Part shown: positions 47,327-57,172 of the stretch, in pieces | How the letters are laid out: every line of letters starts with the position of its first letter | Numbering within the stretch: the stretch's first letter is position 1 | Assembly (NCBI GenBank): GCA_947625905.1 | Contig: CANQQJ010000007.1 | Coordinates: forward strand, 18,714-82,713 | Source: an uncultured Clostridia bacterium | Lineage (GTDB): Bacteria; Bacillota; Clostridia; Monoglobales; Monoglobaceae | Reading direction: 5' to 3' | DNA: 64,000 bases | Program-made: the position numbers and the translations under genes | The notes under the pieces: generated by a model | The model's database searches: none | Seen by the model: only the letters and a program-made list of their open reading frames with translations | Told to the model about the DNA's origin: nothing

Positions 47327-48918
47327 TCATTAAGCTGAGAAAAATAATCGCGGCCGCTGCCGCCGCTGCGATTATAGCGCCGCTTCCCGTCCACGCGGCC
47401 GCCGATATGTTTTATGTCTGCGCCTACTACAGCGAGGACGGGAACCTGATCGACGCGGTCGGCATAAGCGACGCGGCGAGCGACGATGAAATGAAAAGCC
47501 GCCTTAACGCCTACGCGCCGAGCAGCGCCGCGGCCGCCAAGCTGTTCCGCTGGAATTCAAATCTGGCTCCGATCGAGGTGCCGCTTGAATCGAATTATTT
47601 AAACGGCGCGGACGCTCAAGGCGACACGAATGACGGCACGATCAAAGCTCCCAACGTTATAAGCGAGATGTGCGTCCCGTCCTACTGGATATCAAAAAAT
47701 CCCGACGCGGACAAAGTCATTATGAACGATAGCGAGATAAAGGCTCTCAACCGAAAAATACTCGACACGCCCGAAACTTACACCAACGACCTTATGGCGC
47801 AAAGCGACACATACAACGGACGGTACATGGCGGACCTAAACGCCGATTTTGAGTCGCCGACGGGGCTTTATCTAAGCGGAGAGCCCGTGCCCGAAAGCTA
47901 CTATCAGGCAATACGCGACAATATCAAAAATGCGCCAGTCTCGGAAAACATGAAGCTCAGATACGGATTCGCTGTAAACAGAACGGTCATGAAAGCCTAT
48001 CCCTACGAGGATTATCTCTCTGACGACCCGAGCGATCCCGAATGGGACAATTTGGTTTCAAGCGCGATACTTGTCAACGAGCCTCTCGTTATATACTTCA
48101 CGACCGCCGACGGAAAATTCAGCCTCGTTAAGAGCGCGTGCTGCTCCGGCTGGGCGCCGACCGAGGATATCGCGGTATGCGCGGACAAGGCCGAATGGCA
48201 GACCGCGCTCGACCCTAATCAGGTTTTGGTCGTTACCGACCAGAAGGTTTATCTTGAGCCGAGCGCCGATTCGGACTTAAACGAAAAACTGCTGACCATG
48301 GGCACCGCGCTTGAGCTCGTCACCGATCATTCGGGGACCGTGGCTCACAGACTGCCCTGGAACAACTATGTGGTGAAAATGCCCGCCCGAAACGAGGACG
48401 GCAGCTTTTATCAAAAGCTCGCGCTCATTCCCGCGAACCGCGGCGTCAGCGTGGGATATCTGCCGTACACCGAGGCGAACGTTATCACGCAGGCGTTCCG
48501 CTCGCTCGGCAACCGTTACGGCTGGGGAGGCATGATGAACTCTCAGGATTGCTCGTCGTTTGTCAGGGAGATATACAAATGCTTCGGATTTGAGCTTCCG
48601 AGAAACACGACATGGCAGTCGGCTGTGCCCGCGGAGGTTGCCGAGATGTCCGCTATGACGACAGAACAAAAGAAAGAGATCCTTGACGCTCTGCCGCCCG
48701 GAGCAATATTGATCTTCCCGGGGCACGAGATGCTTTATATCGGTAAGGACAACGGGTTTTACTACACCGTGAACGACGTGAGCTCGCTTGTAAGCCCGGC
48801 TGACCCGTCCGGCGGAATTATTAAGCCGCGCACCGTTATACTGAACGATCTTTCGACGCTTCGGGCAAACGGCACCACATGGCTCGATAATCTCTCCCAC
48901 GCGGTTGTGATAAAATAA
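47323..48918 (+). CDS. Secreted SH3-containing NlpC/P60 (C40) cell-wall peptidase
   Basis: Signal peptide; LGNRYGWGG, DCSSFV (catalytic Cys), PGHEMLY (His); ATGA overlap with the ybjQ-like gene. Confidence 0.85.
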   Translation: MIIKLRKIIAAAAAAAIIAPLPVHAAADMFYVCAYYSEDGNLIDAVGISDAASDDEMKSRLNAYAPSSAAAAKLFRWNSNLAPIEVPLESNYLNGADAQGDTNDGTIKAPNVISEMCVPSYWISKNPDADKVIMNDSEIKALNRKILDTPETYTNDLMAQSDTYNGRYMADLNADFESPTGLYLSGEPVPESYYQAIRDNIKNAPVSENMKLRYGFAVNRTVMKAYPYEDYLSDDPSDPEWDNLVSSAILVNEPLVIYFTTADGKFSLVKSACCSGWAPTEDIAVCADKAEWQTALDPNQVLVVTDQKVYLEPSADSDLNEKLLTMGTALELVTDHSGTVAHRLPWNNYVVKMPARNEDGSFYQKLALIPANRGVSVGYLPYTEANVITQAFRSLGNRYGWGGMMNSQDCSSFVREIYKCFGFELPRNTTWQSAVPAEVAEMSAMTTEQKKEILDALPPGAILIFPGHEMLYIGKDNGFYYTVNDVSSLVSPADPSGGIIKPRTVILNDLSTLRANGTTWLDNLSHAVVIK

Positions 48919-48998
48919 AAATTTATAACTTGATTTTTATTTCGACAAGTGATATAATATTTATAAATAAACATAATTATAATGAAGGAGTGCTGATT

Positions 48999-49301
48999 AT
49001 GGATATAAAATTAGAAAAAAACGGTCAAACCGCAAAAATTGCCCTTGAGGGAAGACTGGACACAAACACCGCGCCCGAGCTTGAGAGCAAGCTCGGCGAG
49101 CTGGACGGAATAACCGAACTCGATTTCGATTTTGCCGACCTTGTTTACATATCGAGCGCGGGTCTCAGAGTTTTGCTGGCGGCTCAGAAAAAGATGAACG
49201 CCGCGGACGGCAAAATGGTTATCCGCAATCCCAACGAGCTTATAAACGAAGTGTTTGAAGCGACCGGATTTGACGAGATCCTTGATATTCAGAATTCATA
49301 A
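48999..49301 (+). CDS. STAS-domain anti-sigma-factor antagonist
   Basis: GRLDTNTAP, YISSAGLRVLL (phospho-Ser motif), VFEATGF. Confidence 0.92.
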   Translation: MDIKLEKNGQTAKIALEGRLDTNTAPELESKLGELDGITELDFDFADLVYISSAGLRVLLAAQKKMNAADGKMVIRNPNELINEVFEATGFDEILDIQNS

Positions 49302-49318
49302 TAATTTAGGATAATTTA

Positions 49319-49339
49319 GGGGCGCCGAATCGGCGCCCC
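49319..49339. terminator. Hairpin between convergent genes
   Basis: GGGGCGCCGA-A-TCGGCGCCCC. Confidence 0.7.
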
Positions 49340-49366
49340 TATTAATATTGCATATATTTTTTTCAT

Positions 49367-52207
49367 CTACAGCAGCGCCACGGTCAATGTAAGCACATTT
49401 TTGTCATCCTCGCGGGCATATTCCATAGACTCGGTCATTTTGCGGACGAGCAGAATACCGAGACCGCCGATCTGCCGATCATCCGCCGAAAGCGTTATGT
49501 CGGGCTCGGGCGCGTCGAGCGGATTGTAGGGAATTCCGTTGTCCGTGAATTTAAGATACAGCTTGCCGCCGTCGATCGACCATGTGATCGATGCCATGGT
49601 CGCTTTGCTGTGGTTTAAGATATTGGCGTATATCTCGTCGATCGCGATGCTCACGCGGTTGCCTATCCTGGGCACAACGTCAAGCTTTGACTTTATCCTG
49701 TTTGTGAAGTCTATGACCGCGTCGGTCGATTTCTCGCCCGGGATAAACACGATCGAATTGTCGCCGCTGACATAGTTGAGCGTGAAGCACAGCATTGTTA
49801 TATCGTCAAACTGCGGAGCGCCCCCCGCGAATATGTCCAGGTCCGACTTGACGGCACGGCAGATGCCCTCGGGACCCATCGCGGCATTTGAACCCACGAC
49901 CTTTAGCATGCGCTCCTCGCCGTAGAAGTCTTCGTTTTCGTCGTTGGCCTCGGTCACGCCGTCGGTGTACACGAATATCTGATCGCCCGGCATCAGCCGC
50001 ATTTCGTGTTTGCGGTACTTGATGCCTTCCATTCCGCCCAATACGAAGCCGCCCTTTTGCTTTACCGACTCGCAGGTACCGTCCGTACGGCAGATGACCG
50101 GCGGGGTGTGGCCCGCGCCGGAATAAGTGAGCATTCCGGTCTTTAGATCAAGTATACCTATCCACGCGGTGACAAACATGCCCGCGTCGTTGCTCTCGCA
50201 GAGCTTCTCGTTGGCCTCGGTCAATATGCGCTCTATATCGGCGCCGCTCTCGGCCAGGTCTTTTATAACCGATTTCGCGCGCATCATGAACATCGCCGCG
50301 GGAATACCCTTGCCCGATACATCGGCTATCACAAAGCCGACCGAGGAATCGCTCAGCATATAGAAATCATAGAAGTCGCCGCCCACCTCTTTGGCGGTGA
50401 ACATCTGCGCGTAGACGTCAAACTCCTTGCGGCTCGGGAACGGCGGGAACACCGTGGGTATCGCGGAATACTGGATCTGCTTGGCAAACTCCAGTTCCTT
50501 GTCTATCCTCGCCTCTGCCTCGCCGATATAGCGCTTTAAGGTATCGACGGTCGAATTTATGTCATCCGAAAGCGAAGCGAATTCGCGGTTGGTGCGCACA
50601 TCGACCGTGACATTAAGATCTCCTCCCGTAATTCTCGAAAGCGCGCCGTTGATCTTGTTGATGTTGTTGAGTATGACGCTCTTTATCAGGAAGTAGATCA
50701 AGATAAACAGCACCGCGAAAATGAGGATCTCCATAAACAGACTGAGATAAACCGAAACGTTCCTCATAAACTGCGCCTCGGTTTTGGGAAGCGCTCCGAA
50801 GATATAATACCCCTCGACAAAGGCGTATTCGCATAAATAAGAAGTGTCCGCGAATTTTGTCTCAAACACGCTCTCCTCGTTTACCGCCTCGGTATCGACG
50901 ACCCATATGCCCATTTCTTTAAGGTTTCGGCCTTCATACTCGCTTCCCGCGGTAACAATGTTCCAGTCGCTGTCGCATATCACGATAAAACCGCTGTTGT
51001 CGATATGGCGGTTCCTGGCGATCTTGCCGACGAAGCTGTCGATATCTGATTTAAACTGCTTGTAGTCATAGCCTGCTTGTATAAAGCCTCCGCCCGGAAG
51101 AGCGACCCCCGCGTATTTTCTGTACTCACCATCGCTGTGGGTGTGGGGCATATAAGGCTGAACATAGTGGTCGACGCCGCCCTCGTTGATAACAAGAAAC
51201 TCGTTCGACTGTTCTCCCGAGCGCATATCAAAGCCTATATAATCGGGAACGCTGCTGTTTGATATAAAGCCGTCCGCGCTCACGATGTTTATTTCTTTTG
51301 TGTTGCTCGCTTCGGCAAGGCGCACGAGGAAGTCGGCGCTCTTATCGGACGAGGCTATATAGGCTTTCGCTATTACCCGCGTTTTTTCGAGCAGATTTTC
51401 GTCCGACGCGTCGCTTATGTCGTTTTTGACGTCATTGATCGAAGTAGTTATGACCGACTCTGTCTCGGTGTCCGCCATTTTGCTCTGAAGAATATATGTG
51501 TATGAACTCGTCAGAACATAGGCTATCACAACAAAGATAAAGAGCCACTTTTGAAACGTCTTGGATATTCGTCTGTTTTCTCCGCTCCCAAACGAGATCA
51601 GGACTCTCTCGCGGCTCACAAGCGTCACCGCGATGATCGAAAATCCCACCGCAAGCGCGTTATAAATGATCATTGGCAGAGTCGCGTTCTGAACAAAAGT
51701 GAAAGCGGTGTCCGCGTCGTTCATGTTTGTGAAAAATATCATGAGCATATGAAAGACTTCGCAGATAACCGCGGCGCCTATGCCGTATAACCATGTCGCT
51801 TTTTTATCGTCAAACATGACCTTTCGGAGCCACGCGGCAAAAAAGCTGGCCGCGATCGTCGACACCGTGCAAGCAACCTGAGTGTATGTGCCCGCGAGAC
51901 CGAAAAACGGCGCAGCATAACGGTATATGCCCGCTATAAGTCCGGCGATTATGCCTGCGGGGCCGCCGAAAATCAGCGCCGCGCATATCGGAGACGCGTC
52001 GCGCACATTTATTATAACTCCCGAGCCGATGTCAACGCCGATAAGATCAGTGCTGGACAAAACCGCAAGCAAGCCGAAAACAACGCCGATCGCTATCTGC
52101 CTCGTCTTTCGGTTCAGGCGCCCGAAAGGCGTTTTTTCCTCCGCAAAATAAAAAAGCAAGGCAGCCGCGGCGTTATACAAAACGGGAAGGGCCATAGTTA
52201 AGCTCAT
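49367..52207 (-). CDS. Membrane SpoIIE-type PP2C phosphatase: 5TM-LytS-like N-terminus, extracellular sensor, HAMP, PP2C and C-terminal HATPase (anti-sigma kinase-like) domain
   Basis: NVRD...GGP (5TM); VGGDFYDF, ADVSGKG, TDGVTEA, DDIT (PP2C); DEIYANI, DNGIPYNP, GGLGILLV (HATPase). Confidence 0.88.
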   Translation of the reverse strand: MSLTMALPVLYNAAAALLFYFAEEKTPFGRLNRKTRQIAIGVVFGLLAVLSSTDLIGVDIGSGVIINVRDASPICAALIFGGPAGIIAGLIAGIYRYAAPFFGLAGTYTQVACTVSTIAASFFAAWLRKVMFDDKKATWLYGIGAAVICEVFHMLMIFFTNMNDADTAFTFVQNATLPMIIYNALAVGFSIIAVTLVSRERVLISFGSGENRRISKTFQKWLFIFVVIAYVLTSSYTYILQSKMADTETESVITTSINDVKNDISDASDENLLEKTRVIAKAYIASSDKSADFLVRLAEASNTKEINIVSADGFISNSSVPDYIGFDMRSGEQSNEFLVINEGGVDHYVQPYMPHTHSDGEYRKYAGVALPGGGFIQAGYDYKQFKSDIDSFVGKIARNRHIDNSGFIVICDSDWNIVTAGSEYEGRNLKEMGIWVVDTEAVNEESVFETKFADTSYLCEYAFVEGYYIFGALPKTEAQFMRNVSVYLSLFMEILIFAVLFILIYFLIKSVILNNINKINGALSRITGGDLNVTVDVRTNREFASLSDDINSTVDTLKRYIGEAEARIDKELEFAKQIQYSAIPTVFPPFPSRKEFDVYAQMFTAKEVGGDFYDFYMLSDSSVGFVIADVSGKGIPAAMFMMRAKSVIKDLAESGADIERILTEANEKLCESNDAGMFVTAWIGILDLKTGMLTYSGAGHTPPVICRTDGTCESVKQKGGFVLGGMEGIKYRKHEMRLMPGDQIFVYTDGVTEANDENEDFYGEERMLKVVGSNAAMGPEGICRAVKSDLDIFAGGAPQFDDITMLCFTLNYVSGDNSIVFIPGEKSTDAVIDFTNRIKSKLDVVPRIGNRVSIAIDEIYANILNHSKATMASITWSIDGGKLYLKFTDNGIPYNPLDAPEPDITLSADDRQIGGLGILLVRKMTESMEYAREDDKNVLTLTVALL

Positions 52208-52275
52208 ACATTTATCACCCCGGATATTTTAATATTACATTATAATTATATCACACATCCGCCGGGGAACGCAAG

Positions 52276-52317
52276 ACGTTTCGCGTCCATTCACGTCAAA
52301 ATCCGAACATTTCACGT
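52276..52317 (-). promoter_or_regulatory. Direct repeats ACGTGAAWNG, 21-bp period (candidate LytTR boxes)
   Basis: TTCACGTCAAAAT at 52290 and 52311 on plus; third degenerate copy at 52276-52286; upstream of a promoter with TATAAT but a weak -35. Confidence 0.6.
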
Positions 52318-52398
52318 CAAAATTAAAGTTTTCTATTGATTTTTGTTTTAAAATAATATATAATATGATCAGATATTTTAACGAAATGGGGTCACAAA

Positions 52399-53010
52399 AT
52401 GAAAACAGACGTATGTAAGCTGACAAACGATAGATCAACGCTCGACAACATACTCGCGGAAGCGGAAAAATCGGCGGAGTATAACAAGCTGACCGCCAAG
52501 CAGTCGCTTCAGCTGCGCCTTCTGGCGGAGGAAATGGTCGGCATGCTGCCCGAGCTTCTTGAGATAGGAAACGGCGACTTCTGGATCGAGAACGACGGTT
52601 CGGAGTATGAGCTGCACGCTGCTATCAAGACAAAGCGCATGACGCTCGACAAGAAAGAGGAGATCATGTCGGTCTCAAAATCGGGCGTTAACGCGTCGTC
52701 AAAGGGTATCATAAACAAGATCAAGCTCATCGCCGAATCCATGGCGGACGGCTATGCTGAAGCTTCGAGAATGTCAAACGCCGCAGGCTATGAGTTCTAC
52801 GACATGGGCTCGGGGACAGGAAATCTGCAAAACGAGATCTGGTCGGAGGCATGGTCGCTTAAAAATTACAGAGACAGCGCTCAGGATAACAAAGACAAGG
52901 AAACATGGGACGAGCTTGAAAAATCGGTGATCGCCAATATAGCCGACGATGTGATAGTTGGCTATGTGGGCCGAAAGGTCGATATCATAATCAAAAAAGT
53001 TTTTAAATAA
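52399..53010 (+). CDS. Hypothetical protein, possibly a degenerate HATPase/anti-sigma-like fold
   Basis: LRLLAEEM N-box-like helix, no clear G boxes; own promoter TTGATT-17-TATAAT at 52336-52364. Confidence 0.55.
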   Translation: MKTDVCKLTNDRSTLDNILAEAEKSAEYNKLTAKQSLQLRLLAEEMVGMLPELLEIGNGDFWIENDGSEYELHAAIKTKRMTLDKKEEIMSVSKSGVNASSKGIINKIKLIAESMADGYAEASRMSNAAGYEFYDMGSGTGNLQNEIWSEAWSLKNYRDSAQDNKDKETWDELEKSVIANIADDVIVGYVGRKVDIIIKKVFK

Positions 53011-53017
53011 CCCGAAG

Positions 53018-53045
53018 ATCGGCGGCGGCAATGCCGCCGATTTTT
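53018..53045 (+). terminator. Intrinsic terminator
   Basis: ATCGGCGGC-GGCAAT-GCCGCCGAT-TTTT. Confidence 0.8.
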
Positions 53046-53190
53046 ATTATACGCAAGATGCTCGCGCCGCTTAATTTCTATAAAACCCGTAAGTTATATG
53101 AGTTTTTTATTTTTTGCTTGATTTTTTCTGTTTTTTATGATAAAAAAATTTTAGTGTTATAAAAATAACAATCGGATCGAGGTGATTGTC

Positions 53191-53910
53191 ATGCTGAAAA
53201 TCGCTATATGCGATGACGACGCGGAATTTTGCGACGCCGCCGCCAAGTCCGTGCGCGGCTTTTTTGCCGATATGGAAACCGATTGTCTCATTCAATCGTT
53301 CGATTGCGTGTCGGCACTTGACAACTCGATAAAAAGCGGCACCGAGTATGACTTGCTGCTTCTTGATATTTTGCTTGACGACGGCAACGGCATGAACTAC
53401 GCGAAAGAGCTTCGCAAGCACAACAGAAATATCGACATCATTTTTATAACAACAGCCAAAGAATACGCAATCGAAAGCTTTGACGTCGATCCGCTGTACT
53501 ATATCCTGAAGCCGCTTGACAGCGAAAAGCTCGTCGCGGGTCTCGGCCGCTATATGAAAAAGCATATAAAGGACAACGTCTGCTTTACCTCGTCAAACGG
53601 CTTAATAAAGTTAAATCTCAATGATATCCTCTATTTTGAAATTTACAGACACCGCATAATCATTCACAAAATCAACGGGGCCGATGTCGTTCTTCGCGGC
53701 ACGCTCAGCGAGATCGAGACGCAGCTCCCGCGGGCGCCTTTTGTGAGGCCGCACAGAAGCTATCTGGTCAACATGAATTATATTACCGAGATCACGCGCT
53801 TTGACATACTCATCTCAAACGGCGAGATCGTCCCTATCAGCAAGTCGCGGTTTAACAGAGTCCAGCTCAGGTTTTTGGGCTTTCTCGACAAAAAAGATAT
53901 TTTTGATTAA
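53191..53910 (+). CDS. LytTR-family response regulator
   Basis: IAICDDD, LLDI, YILKP; C-terminal FVRPHRSYLVN, VPISK. Confidence 0.93.
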   Translation: MLKIAICDDDAEFCDAAAKSVRGFFADMETDCLIQSFDCVSALDNSIKSGTEYDLLLLDILLDDGNGMNYAKELRKHNRNIDIIFITTAKEYAIESFDVDPLYYILKPLDSEKLVAGLGRYMKKHIKDNVCFTSSNGLIKLNLNDILYFEIYRHRIIIHKINGADVVLRGTLSEIETQLPRAPFVRPHRSYLVNMNYITEITRFDILISNGEIVPISKSRFNRVQLRFLGFLDKKDIFD

Positions 53911-53954
53911 GTTAAGACGCCGCACAACGCGGCGCCTTTATTTTTGTTCCGTTA

Positions 53955-55856
53955 TCAAACTTTTATATCGGACAAACTCCTGCTTAAGCAGAAATCGCTT
54001 TTAAGCGAGAACGATGAGTATTTCCTCTCGGTATGCAGCATACCGCCGTATTTTTGGGCAATCCTCTTCATGTTTTCCAGGCCGTAGCCGTGCGTTTTGT
54101 CTTTTTGGGCCGCGGCCGCGTTTTCGGGAGCGCTGTTGTCGCACCCGATAAAAAGATATTTTCCCTGTATATACATTTTAACATGAATATACCTCTCTTG
54201 GCCCGGCTCTGTTTTTTCGCAGGCGTTCAGGGCGTTCTCGAACATATTTGTGAGAAATACGCAAAAATCGGTGTCAGAGATCGGGATCTCCTCGGGAATA
54301 TTAAGGCTGTGTTTGACCTCGATCCCGCGCGCCTTGGCGCGGCCCAGATATTCGCTCGCGATAATATTCACCATCATGTTTTTGCTGTATTGACCATCCG
54401 GCATATCGTTGTATTCGCTTGTCAAAGACTGCGCGTACTCAACCGCTCGGTCGATCTCACCGTTCTTCAGCATGCCGGACAATGTGAGCATATGATGGCG
54501 TACCTCATGCCTTATCGAGTATGTCTCTTCCTCCGATTCCGCTATTCTCTTGTAGCTTTCCATCGCGCGCTTGTTCTGTTCCTCAAGCACGCCGAGCATA
54601 ACTCTTGAATAGAGCGTGCGCCTCACAAACGTGATCATAACGCCCGCCGTGATAGTAAAAATTACGATGAAAAATACATACTGTATCAGCGGATAAAAAA
54701 TTCCGTGCATCGGGCTCACAAACAAGAGCTTTAAATAGTCCGCCACATTTCCGTACCAATGGAAGCCCAACCTGATCAAGCGCACAACGGCAGCGGCCGC
54801 CACGATAAGAATATATATGATATAAGATTTTTTGAATCTCATCTTTTTATATCTCATCTCGAATATTGACATAATCAGCGTCAGTATGATCAAAGCTAAT
54901 ACTAACGGAGCCGTCGGTTCCGCGGGATACGAGCCGCTTAATACCCATTCCCTTATCATCTTTACGCTGTCAAACACAAACCAAAACCCGGTCGCGGCGG
55001 CAAGTACAACGCGCCGCCACGATGTGAGACAAAGGGCTATAAACAGCAGCAGCGGCGCCATGCGCAGCCCGCAGATAAATTCAAGCGCGCCGAGCTTTTC
55101 GGGCAGCAGACTGTATGTTCCGGCATTTGACTCAAGGCCCCGGTACATGAACCATATCAAATAAAACAGCGTCAGGAGCAGCACCTTTTTGTCCGCTCTG
55201 CCGTTTTTTATATCGAGCAGATAGATAAGCGCGGTCAGGATCGCCAAAAATGCGCACAGCGCCATATGCGTGATCGGCGTAACGTTTTCGACCGAGGTCA
55301 AAGCGAACAGCGTTTCGCTGCTGCACAAATACGGGAATATCGGAACGATATCCGCCGTCTCGGACGGAAAATATGAAATAACGCTCAATTTGCGGCCCAC
55401 ATAGTCGTCGGGCAAAAAAATTTCAATCTTCTCGGACGGGCACGGCTCGAAGCCTTCGGTCACGGCAAAGCCCGACTCGTCTCTGGGCGCGCCTTCAAAG
55501 CTTGTGTATATCATATCGTCATCGAGGTATATATCCGCTCCGCACACGACGTCATACAAAAAAATTCCGAGATGCGCGCCGTCAAGCTGCTCATTCAAAG
55601 TTCTCTCGGCCTTAACCGCCCTGCCGCTCTCTCCGGGAAAACTTACCGTGTATTCGTCAACGAGCTCCGCGCTGACGGGTCTTGCGGACGAGCCCGAGAT
55701 GATCTCATAGCTCCAGCCCATATCGGCTCCCGGGTCCATGCTTATGTCTTTCAGATCGGTCCGCTGCATCAATGAGTAGACCAAGAAAACAAAAACGAAC
55801 ACGCAAATAAAGGCTGTGATACCGAGCATATACTGCCTTTTTTCGTATGATCTCAC
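53955..55856 (-). CDS. Multi-TM GHKL sensor histidine kinase (AgrC/VirS-like)
   Basis: RHEVRHH H-box, NMFENALNAC, HGYGLENM; GTG start. Confidence 0.88.
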   Translation of the reverse strand: MRSYEKRQYMLGITAFICVFVFVFLVYSLMQRTDLKDISMDPGADMGWSYEIISGSSARPVSAELVDEYTVSFPGESGRAVKAERTLNEQLDGAHLGIFLYDVVCGADIYLDDDMIYTSFEGAPRDESGFAVTEGFEPCPSEKIEIFLPDDYVGRKLSVISYFPSETADIVPIFPYLCSSETLFALTSVENVTPITHMALCAFLAILTALIYLLDIKNGRADKKVLLLTLFYLIWFMYRGLESNAGTYSLLPEKLGALEFICGLRMAPLLLFIALCLTSWRRVVLAAATGFWFVFDSVKMIREWVLSGSYPAEPTAPLVLALIILTLIMSIFEMRYKKMRFKKSYIIYILIVAAAAVVRLIRLGFHWYGNVADYLKLLFVSPMHGIFYPLIQYVFFIVIFTITAGVMITFVRRTLYSRVMLGVLEEQNKRAMESYKRIAESEEETYSIRHEVRHHMLTLSGMLKNGEIDRAVEYAQSLTSEYNDMPDGQYSKNMMVNIIASEYLGRAKARGIEVKHSLNIPEEIPISDTDFCVFLTNMFENALNACEKTEPGQERYIHVKMYIQGKYLFIGCDNSAPENAAAAQKDKTHGYGLENMKRIAQKYGGMLHTERKYSSFSLKSDFCLSRSLSDIKV

Positions 55857-55901
55857 AATTTACACCTCCCGACCGTTAAGGCCCTCTGCTTTGATATATT
55901 T

Positions 55902-56066
55902 ATTCTATGATAAAAACTAATGTATGTCCATAACGATTCATGTCTCAAAACGCACAATTCGTGTAATCGGGCTCGGTTTCGCGCTTAAAATAAGCCTGCT
56001 CATGACGTGAATCGCGCCAAATCCGACACGAACAATGTAGACACGCCGATTTTTATATGGTATAAT
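55902..56066. promoter_or_regulatory. Divergent promoters, each preceded by a 21-bp-period direct-repeat pair
   Basis: Minus: TGGACA-17-TAGAAT (55930-55902) with repeats at 55933 and 55954. Plus: TAGACA-17-TATAAT (56038-56066) with repeats at 56005 and 56026. Confidence 0.6.
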
Positions 56067-56143
56067 ATGCATGAAAAAATTAAAAACCAAACCTGACGCG
56101 CGGCGCAGAAAACGCCCGCGCCGAATCAAGAAAGGAGAGTTTT

Positions 56144-57121
56144 ATGGACATCAATTATTTGCTTATGCTTCAAAATTTCCGAGAGGCTACCGGAGGCGCT
56201 CTAAACACGATCATGGAGTACATAACGAAGCTGGGCGAGACATCGACGCTGCTTTTGATACTCGGACTTGTGTACTGGGCATTTGACAAGAAAAAGGGCA
56301 TATATTTAATGTTCACGCTGTTTACGAACCGAATCATAAACGGATTTGTTAAAATTACCGCCTGCGTTTACCGCCCGTGGATACGCGATGCCCGAATCGA
56401 GCCGGTGCCCGCGGCCAAGGCCGGCGCCACGGGATACTCGTTCCCCAGCGGACACACGACCAACGCGGTCAGCTTTTGGGGCGGATACGCCATGAACACC
56501 GATGACGGCGTAAAAATCCCGAGATTTTTTCAGGTCATTTTATGGGTGATTGTGCTGCTGATAGCGTTTTCAAGAAACTATCTAGGCGTTCACACGCCGC
56601 AGGATGTTATAGTCGCGCTCGTTATCGGAGTCGCGGTGCTGTTCCTCATCGCGAAGCTTTTGCCTATTGTGGACAAAAATCCCAAAGCTGACATTTGGGT
56701 AATGATCGGCGGTGTGGCGCTGTGCGCGCTTCTTATCGTTTATGCCGCGCTCAAATCATACCCCGTTGACTACGCGGCCGACGGCTCGGTTATCGTTGAG
56801 GGCTCGAAAATGGCGGTCGACTCGTACAAAAACGCCGGTATGGGCATCGGATTTTTTATCGGCTGGTTCATCGAGCGCCGCTTTATAAACTTCACAACCG
56901 ACACCGGAGTTTTGGAGCGCGTCATAAGAGTTTTTGTATGCGTGTTTATCTATGAGATGCTTGACGCGGCGGCCGGTCCCGCGGCCGATATGCTGAAGGG
57001 CATGCTCGGCTCGGGCTTTTCAAATGCGCTTGTCCAGTTCGTGCTGATACTTTACTTCACGGCGGGCGCTCCGGCGATAGCTAAGCTTATAGCGATACCC
57101 TTTAAGAACCGCGCAGAATAA
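56144..57121 (+). CDS. PAP2-family membrane phosphatase
   Basis: K-x6-RP, YSFPSGH, SRNYLGVH. Confidence 0.9.
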   Translation: MDINYLLMLQNFREATGGALNTIMEYITKLGETSTLLLILGLVYWAFDKKKGIYLMFTLFTNRIINGFVKITACVYRPWIRDARIEPVPAAKAGATGYSFPSGHTTNAVSFWGGYAMNTDDGVKIPRFFQVILWVIVLLIAFSRNYLGVHTPQDVIVALVIGVAVLFLIAKLLPIVDKNPKADIWVMIGGVALCALLIVYAALKSYPVDYAADGSVIVEGSKMAVDSYKNAGMGIGFFIGWFIERRFINFTTDTGVLERVIRVFVCVFIYEMLDAAAGPAADMLKGMLGSGFSNALVQFVLILYFTAGAPAIAKLIAIPFKNRAE

Positions 57122-57131
57122 TATGTAATGT

Positions 57132-57167
57132 AAAATATCCCTCCGGCGGACGCGGAAGGGATATTTT
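57132..57167. terminator. Bidirectional terminator
   Basis: AAAATATCCCT...AGGGATATTTT. Confidence 0.75.
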
Positions 57168-57172
57168 TTATT

